Shown: positions 12,374-24,281 of the stretch, piece by piece
Position numbering within the stretch: position 1 is the first letter of the stretch
Layout: each line of letters starts with the position of its first letter
Source: Octopus sinensis
Taxonomy: Eukaryota
Reading direction: 5' to 3'
Length of the DNA: 64,000 nt
NCBI RefSeq assembly: GCF_006345805.1
Contig: NC_043012.1
Span: 38,006,001-38,070,000, forward strand
Position numbers and translations under genes: made by a program
The notes under the pieces: generated by a model
What the model was told of the DNA's origin: nothing
Database searches by the model: none
What the model saw: only the letters and a program-made list of their open reading frames with translations

Positions 12374-12981
12374 GTTGTGTTAACAACGACCAAGATGAGG
12401 ACAAATATCCGTCACATATAAATAATGTAAATAATGTAAATAATGTATATAATTCCTCATCTCTTAAATATAGAACTGAAGTATTTTCTGTTGTGGAAAT
12501 CAGTTGCCCTCTCGGCACCAACGCGGTCAGAAAAATGACCATTTATTGAGAGTTTATAAATTCAATATCGAAAATACACTTCCGGTTTCATACCTATTAT
12601 TATTGGAGCGACAGGATACGTACCAATCCACCAATATGGCTGAACTTGGGTTCTTGGAGGGGGGGGGGAAGGATGCAATTCATACGCTACAAATGATGAA
12701 GATATCTGGGAAAATATAACCTGCAGAACCTTGTTAAGATTAAAAGATGCTTTGCTTTAGAACCTTGCTACAGAGCCAGGTGGTCAGTGAATATTAACTC
12801 TGAATTAAAGAAGGAAAAGGGAAAACGGACATGCATACGTACATACATACATGCATACTAGACACACATACATACATACGTACATACATAGATACATTCA
12901 TACATGCATACATACATACATGCATACTGCATACATACATACGTACATACATGCATACATACATATATATGTATGTGTATA

Positions 12982-13054
<73 letters not shown>

Positions 13055-13329
13055 ATCTCTATTCATATATATATATGTACATACACACGCCACATATATA
13101 GTGGCTTAACGCATGTGGATGCGAGTGTACGTGTGCGCGTGTGTGTGTGTCTTCTATCGTTCTGTTCCTTTCTCTCATCGTCCACCTCATCCTCCATCAA
13201 ATACGTTTGAGACATACACTTAATATTGGATTATCTGCTTAAAGCCACGTAGAAATGGTCAGTTTGTTCTCCTTTTAATCCTCCCTAATCCAACATAATT
13301 CATGTTTGTCAACCCCAACCATCCTGGCA

Positions 13330-14125
13330 CTGGCGGTAGTGGTGGTGACGGTTGTAGGTGTGGTAGTGTTGGTGGTAATGGTTGCGGTAGTTGCTTTCGT
13401 TGTGATGGTGGTAGTGATGAGTGTTAGCGGTCTTGATGATGATGACGATGATGATGGTGGTTAGTTATTGTTGTTGTTGGGATGGTTGTTGTAGTGGTGG
13501 GGGTGAGAATCTTGATAGTGGTGTGAATGGTAGGTTATAGGAGAAATGTACAAATTATTTACTGTGTGCCGCCACCAACACCACCGCCACCGCCACCTCT
13601 GCCACCACTACCTCTGCCACCACCACCTCTGCTACCTCTGCCGTTGCCGCCACCGCCACCACCGCCACCGCCACCACCGCTGCCGCCACCGCTGCCTCTG
13701 CCACTGTCACTACCGCGACCATCACCACCTCTGCCATCACCACCTCTGCCTCTGCCACTGCCACCATCACAACCAACACCACCGTAACGGCAACGACAAC
13801 CTCCACGATGACCACCACCGACGCCGCCGCTCTTACCATTTCCACGATTACCATCACTAGCACCACCAATAGTAAAACCATCCCCTCCGCTACAACCCAC
13901 CCCACAACAACAACACCATGATCACTACTATCACTGCCACCACCACCACCACCACCACCCTCCCCACCAGGAGCATTTAATATTGTTTCGTCAAACGTTA
14001 TTTGCTTGGTTATTGTTGTTGTTGCTGTTTTTACTGTTACTTTGTTGTTATTGTTGTAGTTATTATTATTATCGAAGTTGTTATTGTGCATTAGTTGCTA
14101 TTGATGTTGATGTTGTTGTTATTGT
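13330..14125. repeat. Compound trinucleotide microsatellites (GGT/GAT/CCR/TTG)
   Basis: Direct inspection; the poly-Pro/His/Gly/Val ORFs are artefacts. Confidence 0.9.
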
Positions 14126-14584
14126 TACCGCGTAATGAAGTAAGTATTTACCGCAAAATACGAAGAAACCGGTGCGAAAACCCGACATAAATAATTTGAA
14201 GTCGGTCTTCACCGATGAAGAGCCTCTTCTTAATGACTCGAAAGGGAGAAGAGGAAATGGAGAAATGAAGGGAAAAAAGAAAAGCAAAAAACGAAAAATA
14301 ACACAAAAGAAAAGCTAAAATGAACAAAAGAAAAGTTGTGAGAGGAAATCCATGTAAAATCGCATCCGAGAAAAGGGGAGGAAATGCTGTTTAATCCTAT
14401 TTGGATATCAGTTACCCAGCATGGATTTAGAAGGATGATCCTAGTTTTATCCCGTGGAAAAAGATTGTCAATAATTTCAAAGGAAATAATTGATATTAAT
14501 AACTTAAAATAATGCCGAATGTATGCGTGTGTATGTGTGCGTGTATGCGTGTGGGTGCGTGCTTGTGTGTGTGTATTTCCAGGG

Positions 14585-14655
<71 letters not shown>

Positions 14656-14889
14656 CTATATATATATAAATTACATACACATATATACATATAAATACAT
14701 GAATACACACGTTCACACCCACATACCAGATAATATAAGCATATAATCAATATATGAGTATTATATATGTTACATACATATACATACATACATTATATAT
14801 GTATGTATGTATATATATATATATTATGTGTGTATATACATACATATGTACATGCACACCACACGCATATATATATATATATATATATA

Positions 14890-14942
<53 letters not shown>

Positions 14943-16120
14943 TCACATATATATATATACACATATATACATGTATGTAAATGTATATACATGTATATAT
15001 ATATATACTATATTATATATATAATATATATATATATATATATTGATGTGTCCGTTCCGACAAAGAACAAATACTATTTTCTCTCCCTTTGTGTGAGAAA
15101 AGGATGAAGTGGGGAAAAAGACGGTGGTGGGGAGTAGGTGAAGGTGGTGGGGAGTAGGTGGTGGCGGTGGTGGTAGTGGTGTAGGTAGTGTTGGTGTAAG
15201 TGTTGCAGTTGTTGTTCGTGTAACAATAAGAAGTTCCATTGACAAAAGGAAGGAGTTCTAAATGAATTGTACGTCAGGTGCAGCTGTTGTTCTGCCGATA
15301 ATCATTGCTTCTGCCCTTCTCGTTGTTGTCCAGCTGCAGATGGCGAAGACGCGTCAGGTTCTGGCCAATGGAAGAGGAGCCATAAACGTTTCCTATCCTC
15401 AAGTAGCAACCGTACTGAGTTCGTTTCCAAGATGCACACCTTTCGGTGGAGGCAGGGATTTCATTGTTCCCTTTATCTCTTTCAGATATAGAACGATAAT
15501 ACGATTCATCGACTGAACCCGGTTTAATTATGAGAGCTTCTATGTTAGGCATATAAACCTATTTTGAGAAGCGGGCCGCATGAAACATGGCTCGTCTTTC
15601 GGTGGGCCCTAAAAATAATTCATAGTAATATTTCGTTGGCCTGCCGTTCAGAAAGCCTCGTGGGCCCCAGTTTGCCCAGGATTGTTCCATGTGGTTTTTC
15701 GGTCAGCTACATATAGCAGTCATATCTCCTTCGGACACCACTTAAAAGTCTTAAGAAAAGGAAGGACAGATATGAAGAAAGTAGTTTTAGATGGATTGTG
15801 TATGAAAATATGACGGTGTGGTCATGACCGGAATGTCTTTGGTCATAAGTCTGTTTTATCAGGTCCTGATCTGATGTTTTATTTAACAGCAAGCCATGAT
15901 ATGGCTCTATTCCGAGCTTTCTCTCCCAGTTCCACGTCGACCACAAAATCTCCGCAATTTTGGTCCCAGAGTTTCCAACACTTCCTTCTCTTTTGCGGGA
16001 AATTACTGGACAGGGTCCCTAAGTCACTCTCTTCCTGCTTCCATTTGTGATGTTCTATTTGTGGAGCTATAACCAACGAATGTTATTTTATGGTTTTGTC
16101 TTCGAATGTCCTGCCGGGAT

Positions 16121-16495
16121 ATCACAGTGATAATGTTCATATTACTGTTTACTGTTGGACACAGTGGTATCGTTCATTACCATTGTTCACTGTTATACAC
16201 AGTAGTATTGTTCACCACTAATATTAACTCTTATACATAGTAATAATGTTCACTGTTAATGCTCACCATTATGCACAGTAACAACGTTCACTGTTAATGT
16301 TCACAGTTATGCACAATGGTAGTGTTCACTAACAGCGTGTTAGGTTCTGGCCAATGGAAGAGGAGCCATAAACACAATGCCAGTGTTAACTACCGATGTT
16401 CACTGTTATACAGAATGACAATGTTCACTACCAATGTTCACGGCTGTACCCAATGATATTGTTGACCACTAATGTTCACTATTATACAGTGAACA
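16121..16495. repeat. Degenerate minisatellite (about 39-bp unit built on aatgttcact)
   Basis: Recurring (a)atgttcactg/a and cacagt motifs; interrupted at 16342-16373. Confidence 0.75.
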
Positions 16496-16689
16496 TTTGA
16501 AATGATCCATCTATGCTGTTGAGGAAAAGTGAAGGCGTTATGTCAACGAAAAGGTATCTCTTTCATTAAGTAATGAGGAATTACGACTATGAAATAGCAG
16601 CTTGGAACCAATGTCTATACTTGAAGAACCGCATCGAAAACGACTTGTGAACCTCGTTTGCAGTCAAAGCTAGAACAGTAAAACAAAAA

Positions 16690-16930
16690 CGGTAAAGTTA
16701 CCTTCTCGAATCATACCGACTCATAAAGAACGGTTCCCCGGTTTCAATGGCGTATATGTTCCCTATCTGGACAGGTCACCGGTTCGTGGCAGAGTTACTC
16801 ATTTTTAGCAGCTGTCCCAACTGGAGCAATGTAAAGTGAAGAAAACAACGCATCTCCCGGTCCAGGAATCGAAACCGCAATCTTACGATCGTGAGTCCAG
16901 TACCCTAACCACTATGCCACGCGCCCCCAC
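16690..16930 (-). mobile_element. tRNA-derived SINE (family C)
   Basis: ggaatcgaaacc...cctaaccact (reverse complement of a tRNA head); similar to 34750-34990 and 52745-52920. Confidence 0.75.
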
Positions 16931-17000
16931 AAAGCTAAACTAGTGACTGCTGTAAAATACCTTCGCGAAGTAGAACTCTCTAGAAACGGTTATTCTGTAT

Positions 17001-17838
17001 GAGAAGAAGAAGAAGAAGAAGAAGAAGAAGAAGACGAAGAAGAAGAAGAAGAAGAAGAAGACGAATAAGAAGAGAAAAGAAGAAGAAGAAGAAGAAGAAG
17101 AAGAAGACGAATAAGAAGAAAATAAGAAGAAGAAAAGAAGAAGAAGAAGAAGAAGACGAGAAGAAGAGAAGAGAAGAAGACGAATAAGAAGAAGAAAAAG
17201 AAGAAGACGAAGAAAAGAAGAAGAAGAAGAAGACGAATAAGACGAAGAAAAGAAGAAACGAAGAAGAAGAAGAAGAAGAATAGACGAATAAAAGAAGAAG
17301 AAGAAGAAGAAGAAGAAGAAGAAGAAGAAGAAGAAGACGAATAAGAAGAAGAAAAAGAAGAAGACGAAGAAGAAGAAGAAGAAGAAGAAGAAGAAGAAGA
17401 AGAAGAAGAAGACGAAGAAGAAGAAGAAGAAGAAGAAGACGAATAAGAAGAAGAAAAAGAAGAAGACGAAGAAGAAGAAGAAGAAGAAGACGAATAAGAA
17501 GAAGAAAAAGAAGAAGACGATAAGAAGAAGAAGAAGAAGAAGACGAAGAAGAAGAAAATAAGAGAAGACGAATAAGAAGAAGAAAAAAGAAGACGAAGAA
17601 GAAGAGAAGAGAAGAAGAAGAAGAAGACGAATAAGAAGACGAAAAAGAAGAAGACAAGAAGAAGAAGAAGAAGAAGAAGACGACTAAGAGAAGAAGAAGA
17701 AGAAGAAGAAGAAGAAGAAGAAGAAGAAGACGAATAAGAAGAAGAAAAAGAAGAAGACGAAGAAGAAGAAGAAGAAGAAGAAGAAGAAGAAGAAGAAGAA
17801 GACGAAGACGAATAAGAAGAAGAAGAAGAAGAAGAAGG
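17001..17838. repeat. (GAA)n polypurine tract with recurring GAC/TAA/AAA variant codons
   Basis: Direct inspection. Confidence 0.95.
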
Positions 17839-18089
17839 AAGTAAAAACTCACATTCGAGGTTATGGTGAGCGATCCTTCATTGAAGGCTTGTAACAAGAT
17901 TGAACCTTGGCCCTTATGATTGATGAACGAAATGGTTAACCACGCGGCCATGCCTACATACTTTGTCACACCCGCATGCGCGCGCACACACACGTACACA
18001 TACACACACACACACATATGATGTTAGGCTCAAAGACAAATGTATCAGACGGGAGCACCTCTCACATCCTATCTGTCTTTTCTCCGAAA

Positions 18090-18121
<32 letters not shown>

Positions 18122-18708
18122 GCATAGATACATACTGACACATGCACAGACACACACAGACACAGATACACCGTGTTACACTTAACGAAGGACATATCAA
18201 CAAACACACACACACGCGCACAGATACATACAAACACACGCACTGACACACACACAGACAAACACAAATCGTATTACACCTAAAGAAGGACATATAACAA
18301 CACACACACACACACACACCCACACGTCCATAGACCGATCACTGGCCACAGCCCGTCCCCCCGTCGGTCTCCTCTCCATCCCGCACCATTCCACAATTAA
18401 CAATGTGTCAATCAGTGTAAACCGATTCCATGAAAGCTAATCAAACAATAGTATTATAATGAAATTCAATAAAAATTAATTAGTTTCTTACCCAAAATAA
18501 AATCTGATTGAGACTGTTGATGCAGGTGGAGGGGTGGGGGTGGGATATACATCACGGGTAAAAGTATGAGGGTCGGACGAGAACGGGGTGGGTACCCCTC
18601 AAGGCTGTACAAATGTACATTTGGTTTTGTAGTCGCAAGCTGATTATATAAGTTTCGATTTCAAAATACATTATTTGCGCATGCGTAGCTTCGCTCGGCT
18701 GTGTGTGC

Positions 18709-18749
<41 letters not shown>

Positions 18750-18811
18750 TGTGTGTGTGTGTGTGTGAACGTATTCAGGCGCGCGCGTACACACACACAC
18801 ACACACACACA

Positions 18812-19529
18812 CAAAGAAGCTCTCACACACACACACATAAAGAAGCTCTCACACACACACACATAAAGAAGCTCTCTCTCACACACACACAAAGCTCACA
18901 CACACACACACAGAGATACATACACACACACAAAGAAGCTCACACACACATGTACGCACACATACACGGAACAAATAAGCACACACACGCATAACGCACA
19001 CATAGACACACACGTAGACAAGCATACATATACACACACATAGACACGCATAGACACACATACAAGACACGCACACATAGACACAGATAAACACACGCAC
19101 ATATACACATACGCACGCACACACGCACACATACACATACGCACGCACAACACACACACACACACACACACAAAGAAGCTCTCACACACACACACATAAA
19201 GAAGCTCTCACACACACACACATAAAGAAGCTCTCTCTCACACACACACAAAGCTCACACACACACACACAGAGATACATACACACACACAAAGAAGCTC
19301 ACACACACATGTACGCACACATACACGGAACAAATAAGCACACACACGCATAACGCACACATAGACACACACGTAGACAAGCATACATATACACACACAT
19401 AGACACGCATAGACACACATACAAGACACGCACACATAGACACAGATAAACACACGCACATATACACATACGCACGCACACACGCACACATACACATACG
19501 CACGCACACACACACACACACACACACAC
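18812..19529. repeat. Near-exact tandem duplication of a 359-bp cryptic CA-rich unit
   Basis: caaagaagctctc at 18812 and 19171; ORF translations are duplicated at a 359-bp offset. Confidence 0.92.
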
Positions 19530-19665
19530 ATACCACTCTACACACGTATACTCATTTCATGATTTCTTCTTTTAAGATGGAGTCTCACTCGGTCGCTACT
19601 CCGAATTTCCCGTTTCTGTACTTCGTGGAGTAGCAATGGTGTGCAGTAGCATACGGTATCGCATT

Positions 19666-19803
19666 CACTAGCGTAGGTAGAGTGCATCCCGCCCGGGCCC
19701 CACAAAAATACATATTGCCTACAGCAGACCCCAAATGGTGCCCCTTTAAAAGTGCCGCCCGGGGCGGACCGCTCGTGCTTCCCCCCCACTAACTAAGCTA
19801 GGG
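19666..19803. mobile_element. Putative hAT-type MITE remnant
   Basis: Imperfect 11-bp TIR (cactagcgtag / ctaagctaggg), degenerate 8-bp TSD (atcgcatt / atcgcgct), subterminal gccgcccggggcggaccgc. Confidence 0.5.
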
Positions 19804-20667
19804 ATCGCGCTCGTCTATCGAGACGCGTGCGTAAGCATACACATACATACATACACACATACATACACACGCACATACATACTTACATACATACATACAT
19901 ACATACATACGTACACACGTACACACATACACACACACATATATACATACACACACATATATACATACACACACACACGTACACACATGCATACATACAT
20001 ACATACATACATACATACATACATACATACATACATACATACAAAAATACCCTGTTGTTGATGTTGAAATTCCAATGAAGGAACCTTGAATCTAGATTAG
20101 AAACCGCTTCTTTCTCTATTGGCAAGAAATCTTGAAATGAAACTGAACAATGATACACATACATAGCTGACGGATGCTGATGGATGCTGATGGATGCTGC
20201 TGCTGCTGATGATGATGATTATGAGGGTGTCCACTCGTGGCCGAGGAAGACCATCACTGGCCACTGCCCATACAAAATGCCATCGATGACAGTGCATAAG
20301 ATTATTGCACCAGCAGTCGACTTTCCTCGGGGTCGCGTCCACAACTTCCATGCTCGCCGCGGCGCCTCCCTACTCCACCGAGCATCGGATAATCGCCGCG
20401 CTGGCGACTACACAACCTAAAAATTTAGGTTGAATAAGGCTTGTACAACACCTCACAGATCCTCTTCACCCTTTTGACATGATTCAGGAACAAGCCAGAG
20501 TTTTAAGATATCCCGTACCAATATACGTCACAGGCTTAAGAATGCGGGAGAGCCATGGCATCAAGCGCAAGCCAAAGATCTGTAAAAATGTTCTAATACA
20601 TTCCTTGCATACCTGGTTTCATATCAGAGCGACCTTCTCCTAGAGACAAAGGGAGGGGGTCTCTTTC

Positions 20668-21010
20668 ATCTTTTACTTCTTTCAGTCATTGGATAGCAAC
20701 CATATTGGCGCGCCCCCTTGAGGGATTTAGTCGAAACAAATTAGCCCCTGTACTTAATTTGGGAAGTCTGGTACTTATTCTATCGATATCTTTTGCCGAA
20801 CTGTTAAGTCATGGGCACGCAAACAAACCATCACTGATTGTTAAGTGATGGTTAAAACAAGCAAAACAAAAACAAAGACATGCAAACACACATGTATACG
20901 ACGGGCTTCTTTCAGTTTCCATCTGTCAGTTCCACTCTTAAAGCTTTGGTCTACTTGTTGCTATAGTAGAAGACACTTGACCAAGGTTCCGGGGAGTGGG
21001 GCTGAAATAC
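20668..21010 (-). mobile_element. Diverged SINE family A copy
   Basis: Contains acgggcttctttcagtttcc and agaagacacttgaccaagg blocks. Confidence 0.75.
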
Positions 21011-21655
21011 CAACTTTGCTTATAATAATATACATCACTCTTCACTCTACTCACCGTATTAAATTCTACGTCAGATGATATCGGAACTATTCTTTAACTC
21101 GTTTTAGTCATTTAACTGCAGCCATGCTGGAGCACCGCCTTGAAAAATACTTTAAAACTCTTATATTATGATTCGCAAACATGCATATCGATGTATGTAT
21201 GTATGTATGTATGATTGTGTGTATGTGTGCTTACGTATATACAAACATATCTATCTATCTGTCTACCTGTATACATGTCTGGGTACTACTAGCGAAGACT
21301 GGACCCGGTGCGCGCACACGCACAGTCGCGCGTCCGCGCTAGCTAGTCGTAAGTAGTCGATCCTACAACGACTTGCGCGTATGCAAATGAGTTGATTGGC
21401 AAATCAGTTGATTTTACAGAATAAAATAAAAGAGTTTTTTAAAGAAAGTAAATAAATTATTTCTTAGAACAATGTTTATGATTTTTTTACACAAATCAAA
21501 TAAAATGTGTGTGATATATTCTTTTAGTTTTTAATCATGTGTGTGTGTGTATACACACCGATACCAATAGATATTATACATGTGTTTATGTGTGATATAT
21601 TCTTTTACTAGTTTTTAATTTTTGGACAGCATCCATTGTAGGTACATCATTCAGG

Positions 21656-21721
<66 letters not shown>

Positions 21722-21724
<3 letters not shown>

Positions 21725-22373
21725 TAAAACGGTAAGATAACAAAAGAAAGAAAGAGACCTCAATATTATGTAAATAGAGGAAATTCATCTATACAATAAT
21801 ATGTTACATTACTCGGTAGTCAAGATAAAACTCTGAGTTTCAGATGCCGAAGTGGAAATCCACAACACCATCTCTTCGGTTATCTGGCTATTTGAAAACG
21901 TTATGAAAAAATACCGTTATATAAAGGGAAATTACTGTGTTATAACTCTGCTTGCCTGCGTACTTATACATCGCTCGCATTTTTCGTCATAAAAATTATA
22001 TAAAAAATATATAAAAATATATAAAATCTTCTTGGGACATAACATAGAAAGCATGTTCTATCTGTTTTCTTTAGGGGACCAAAAACGTAACAGAAATTTA
22101 GTCACGTGTGGGCATGATCCGAAAAGTTCTGTCCTTGTGTTTAGACATGTAGTAGGGTCTAAGCTGCTTTTCCAGATAAGCCATCTCTCCATGTCGCATA
22201 GACCGCACCTTCCGCTGCCGTTGGTATAGAGCTTACATCTGGCCAAAATCTTCCAATGTATGTTATAATCGACACCTTTATCTCTTAAAGACCAAATATG
22301 ATTAGATAATTGTGTCGCTTTTCTTTTGTTCCAGTGCCTAAAGCTCAAAGTGTGGTTATTGAACCTGGCCTTG

Positions 22374-22380
<7 letters not shown>
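21722..22380 (-). mobile_element. Penelope-like element 3' fragment (GIY-YIG endonuclease C-terminus + 3' UTR)
   Basis: FKARFNNHTLSFRH...TQLSNHIW...CGLCDME...LNTRTEL...CPH; flanked by (TA)n. Confidence 0.88.
21824..21884 (-). ncRNA. Type I hammerhead ribozyme-like motif, U4C variant
   Basis: gataa-CCGAAGA-gatg...catc-t-GAAA-ctcagag-T-T-ttatc. Confidence 0.65.
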
Positions 22381-22432
<52 letters not shown>

Positions 22433-22608
22433 TATATGTAAACAAAGATAAATGCGATACAATAAAATTAATTATAATCGCCGGTGTACCAGTACACGCC
22501 ATATATTATACATATATCATTACATTCAAGGCGAAGAGTGCACTAGATACACAATAGCTGGATAAATTTAGTGAGATGAAAATTAAAAACTTTTACAAAC
22601 TTAACTTT

Positions 22609-22681
22609 TCTTATACTGCAGTTTCGCCAAATTCAGTAATAAAAATAGTATTTATTTACTCAGGCTGGCTCTTCAGTAAGA
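22609..22681 (-). ncRNA. Canonical type I hammerhead ribozyme
   Basis: tctta-CTGAAGA-gcca[36 nt]tggc-GAAA-ctgcag-T-A-taaga: intact core, stems I and II, palindromic stem III, GUA cleavage triplet. Confidence 0.88.
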
Positions 22682-22710
22682 TTCCTGTTAATGATGGGAA
22701 GACCATATCA

Positions 22711-22744
<34 letters not shown>

Positions 22745-23366
22745 GTATATGTAAATGTATATATATGTGTGTGTGTGTGTGTGTGCGTGTGTGTATATGT
22801 GTATATGTGTGTATATATGTGTGTGTATGTGAGTATATATATGTGTGTATGTATGTGTGCGTGTGTATATGTGTGCATATGTGTGTATATATGTATGTGT
22901 GTGTGTGTGCGTATGTATATATATGTGTGTGTGTGAGAAAGAGAGAAGAAACAAAATATCCTTAAGATGTTAAGGAATGGAAAGTTGATATCGATTGATG
23001 GATTTGATAAGATGAAGATATTTTGGTAACAGTTCATTACACGTGTGTATCCGTGTGTAAGAATGTCTGAGCGAGAGAGGAGAGCATTTTACAGCATTCC
23101 ATGAAGGGTTTGTTTTTTGTTTTGTTTTGTTTTGATGTTTTTCTTGTTTATTTACCCTACCCCCTTTGTCTTGATCATTAATTAGACCCATTGGTTGTCT
23201 TCCAACCTACAACACAACTCATTTGCATACGCACAAGTCGTTGTAGGATCGACTACTTACGACTGGCAAGCGAAGCGCGGACCCGCGACTGCGCGTGTGC
23301 GCGCACCGGGTCCAGTCTTCGCTAGTAGTACCCATGTCTGTCAGTCTGTCTGTCTATCTATCTATC

Positions 23367-23528
23367 TATACGACAGGTTTCTTTCAGGCTCCATCAACCA
23401 AAAACCACTCACCAGGCTTTGGTCGACTCGGGGCTATAGTAGAAGACACCTGCCCAAGGTGTCACGCAGTGGGACTGAACCCCGAACCATGAAGTCGGAA
23501 ATCAAATTCCTTACCACTTAGCCACGCC
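23367..23528 (-). mobile_element. SINE family A head
   Basis: agaagacacctgcccaagg...gtgggactgaaccc...ttaccacttagccacgcc. Confidence 0.8.
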
Positions 23529-24229
23529 TACGCTTATGATAAATCACTTTAAGCATAAATCTAATCAATCAGAGTAGACCTGAGACTCATCATCATCATC
23601 ATCATCAACAACAACAGCAGCAGCAATAATAATAGCAGCAACAACAACTCCAGCAACATTTCCGCATAAAACCTGCCTCCTTTCCGGCGTTTAATCTTGA
23701 GAAGATTTGGAAACTTTGTATTTTGGTCAGATTTCTGGTTATAATTAGAAGAGATATTTTCTTCCACGCTTCCAGTATTTCCCTTATTTTGTGGCCTTCA
23801 GCAAGAATGAGCTGAAGGCGATCCCCGACGAGTTACAGTTGAAAACGCACCGGAAGAGGGACACAAGGCAGAAATGAAAAACAAAAAGATACACCCGTAC
23901 ATATTTTCAGACAGTGATAAAGATAGACAGAAAGAATGAGAGAAAGAGAAAAAGAAAAGAGAGAGAGAGAGAGAGAGAGGGGGATAGAGAAAAGCTAAGA
24001 GAAAATGAGAAAGAAGAGAAGAGAAAGAGAGAGAAGATGAGAAAGAAATGCTTATGCATACATGCAAAGAGGGAGAGAGGAGAGAAAGAGAGAGAAAAAG
24101 AAAGAGAAAGAAAAAGAAAGAGAAATAGAGAGAGAGAGAGAAGCAGGGAGAGAGAGTAAGATAGAGATAGAGAAAGAGAGATAGATTAAATAGATAGAGA
24201 AAGAAAGAAAGAAAGATTGATACATACAT

Positions 24230-24281
<52 letters not shown>

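Larger units (their letters stand above)
7348..12482 (-). mobile_element. Full composite tRNA-head/(TAA)n/hammerhead element with inverted 5' arm, carrying three nested Dong insertions
   Basis: Head 12373-12299, TAA tracts, HHR module about 7500-7348, inverted copy of the tail 12374-12482; flanked by attttctg at 7340-7347 and 12483-12490. Confidence 0.7.
21281..23333. mobile_element. Non-autonomous TIR element, 2053 bp, TIRs of about 115 bp, direct repeat atgtct
   Basis: 21281-21394 is the reverse complement of 23215-23333; atgtct at 21275-21280 and 23334-23339. Confidence 0.88.

Noticed and set aside
15274-15552. LRR-like phrase QNLTRLRHLQLDNN
   Set aside because: A single motif without neighbouring repeats or exon signals.
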